DNA from: Bacteroidales bacterium
GTDB lineage: Bacteria > Bacteroidota > Bacteroidia > Bacteroidales > JAGOPY01
NCBI GenBank assembly: GCA_019429045.1
Contig: JAHYJL010000001.1
Location: 1,588 to 65,587 of the forward strand
DNA: 64,000 nt
Direction of reading: 5' to 3'
Shown one piece after another: positions 62,582 to 64,000 of this stretch. The translations under genes and the position numbers were made by a program. The notes under the pieces are model-generated. The model saw only the letters and a program-made list of their open reading frames with translations. It did no database searches and was not told the origin of the DNA. How positions within the stretch are numbered: position 1 is the first letter of the stretch; each line of letters starts with the position of its first letter.

Positions 62582-64000
62582 TCAATATCTGTTTTGCTTC
62601 TTCAATTTTACTAATTTACTGTATGCTGGTTCAAAATATTCATTTACAATCCGGTTTGTATTCTCTACTGAAAAAACGTTGGACAGGATAATTGTGTTAC
62701 CGATTTCCTGAATGGTATCTAGTGGAGGCAATGACATTTCCCTTAACTCTGTGGCACTCACATTAACATTGCCGTTAAAAATCCTGAAATACGCATCAAA
62801 TAAGCTGCTGTTAAGTAATGCACAAAGCCCAACAACTTCATTTCGCTCAAGGTGTCCTTTTGGACGATATATGTAATTCACCTTATTTTCAACACCGATA
62901 AAATCTGATTTAATGAAGTTGCAGAAGTATGGGGCGGCAATCAACCGGTTTTTATCATCCTTGCTGCTGAAACGTCTCAACAGGATATAGTTTTTGTTGG
63001 GAATGAGGAGCGGCATGGCCTTTTCCTCAATGTTTATGTATTGCTCTTTATTCGGCTTGACTATTGGCCATTCCAATATCATCTGTTTCACATTGTGCAA
63101 CCAGAAAAGAGGGGCTAATTGCACCTTTCCATTCTCAAAATTCTCACTTAGGTAATTCCTGGCCCGGAAAGCCACAACAGGACCGGTTGAAATCTTGAGA
63201 TTGTATTTGGCTAAATTACCTGTCCAGTTTTTGAAAATTTCCAACACCTCTTCATCATAGTTGGTTGTTGGTAGATAGAGGATTTTCTCATTTGAATTCA
63301 TATCTATGATGTCATTTTTGGGAAAAGTCTTGATTAATGGAGCGTGTAAGTCTTTCAATCCACTTGATGATGAAATAATTACATGAGATTCGGGCGTGGC
63401 TCGTTTTGTTCCTTTAATAATAACGGTTTCCTGCAGTACTTTATCTCTGCAAAAAGTGTCTTTTCGGGAAACAAAAAGGTGCACCCTATCCAAATCTATG
63501 AGTTTAAAGAAAAAATCCCGGAAGATTTTGAAATATCTGCCTGCCGCATAGCTGCGTGGAGTGATAAAAATTAACTCGCCGTTTTCTTTTAGCATTTTTG
63601 CCGATAATGCCATGAAGATGGCATAAATATTCGGGTGGCCATTCACTACGACTTTTGCAACTTTTACTCTTATGTCGTCAATAGATAGTTTGAAATAGGG
63701 AGGGTTTGAAATGACAATGTCGAACTGCTCAAACGGTTTGGAAAACAAATCGCCAGTTTCTTTAAAACGATCGGAATTATGAAGAATAAAGTCTTCGGTA
63801 TGAAGTTTTGTTTTGATATTGATTCCCTGTTGATTTCCCCATTTTTCTAAATAATCAAGCGCCTGTTGTAAAATAGTGATAAGTTCTGAATCTGTTTCGT
63901 AAGCGACCAACTCAATGGTTTTTAGAATCTTGTTGCTGTTTGCAATATGCTCAATTAGGTTACAAGACAAAACCGCAGAACCGCATCCGGGGTCAAGTAT
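62582..64000 (-). CDS. N6-adenine DNA methyltransferase (Eco57I/M.PstI-like); 5' end lies outside the window
   Basis: NPPY motif (VISNPPYFKL). The frame stays open to the window edge, where it reads ILDPGCGSAVL (SAM motif I), so the track start at 63970 is not the true start. Confidence 0.8.
   Translation of the reverse strand: MLDPGCGSAVLSCNLIEHIANSNKILKTIELVAYETDSELITILQQALDYLEKWGNQQGINIKTKLHTEDFILHNSDRFKETGDLFSKPFEQFDIVISNPPYFKLSIDDIRVKVAKVVVNGHPNIYAIFMALSAKMLKENGELIFITPRSYAAGRYFKIFRDFFFKLIDLDRVHLFVSRKDTFCRDKVLQETVIIKGTKRATPESHVIISSSSGLKDLHAPLIKTFPKNDIIDMNSNEKILYLPTTNYDEEVLEIFKNWTGNLAKYNLKISTGPVVAFRARNYLSENFENGKVQLAPLFWLHNVKQMILEWPIVKPNKEQYINIEEKAMPLLIPNKNYILLRRFSSKDDKNRLIAAPYFCNFIKSDFIGVENKVNYIYRPKGHLERNEVVGLCALLNSSLFDAYFRIFNGNVNVSATELREMSLPPLDTIQEIGNTIILSNVFSVENTNRIVNEYFEPAYSKLVKLKKQNRY

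Overview
This is a Bacteroidota-type chromosomal segment, judged from T9SS C-terminal sorting domains, TAnnTTTG promoter boxes and gene content. It is densely coding. The left ~43 kb is mostly housekeeping: atpDC, rpmF-plsX-fabH, aspS, tyrS, cysS, an EF-G paralogue, kbl, and an efflux operon (TetR/TolC/HlyD/ABC). It also holds a Crp/Fnr-controlled nitrite/NO cluster ending in nrfHA. The right ~20 kb is accessory and visibly decayed. It contains an 8.4 kb island of T9SS cargo genes bracketed by two ~327 bp copies of a degenerate cytochrome c fragment, with an ISL3 transposase relic beside the right copy. It also contains several broken genes, fur-katG, and a PstI/BsuBI-like R-M pair that runs off the right edge. 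No tRNA, rRNA or CRISPR was recognised. The most unusual signals are at DNA level, not gene level. (1) A 13-17 nt hairpin-capable word, AACAGGGACTCCATCCC(TG), recurs at least 8 times, mostly inside unrelated CDSs and in different reading frames. (2) A large population of 7-8 nt tandem 'word' arrays sits almost exclusively at stop codons or 3' spacers and sometimes encodes the last residues of genes. (3) A GxxExxY gene is boxed by 44 nt inverted repeats built of the same kind of words, with a solo arm elsewhere. (4) An in-frame TAA lies exactly at the catalytic Glu of the HExxH motif of a ~1,600-aa T9SS protease, next to a G9 tract. (5) A 24 nt perfect palindrome plus four G5-6 tracts is inserted in frame in cysS. 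All product calls come from reading the translations, since no searches could be run.
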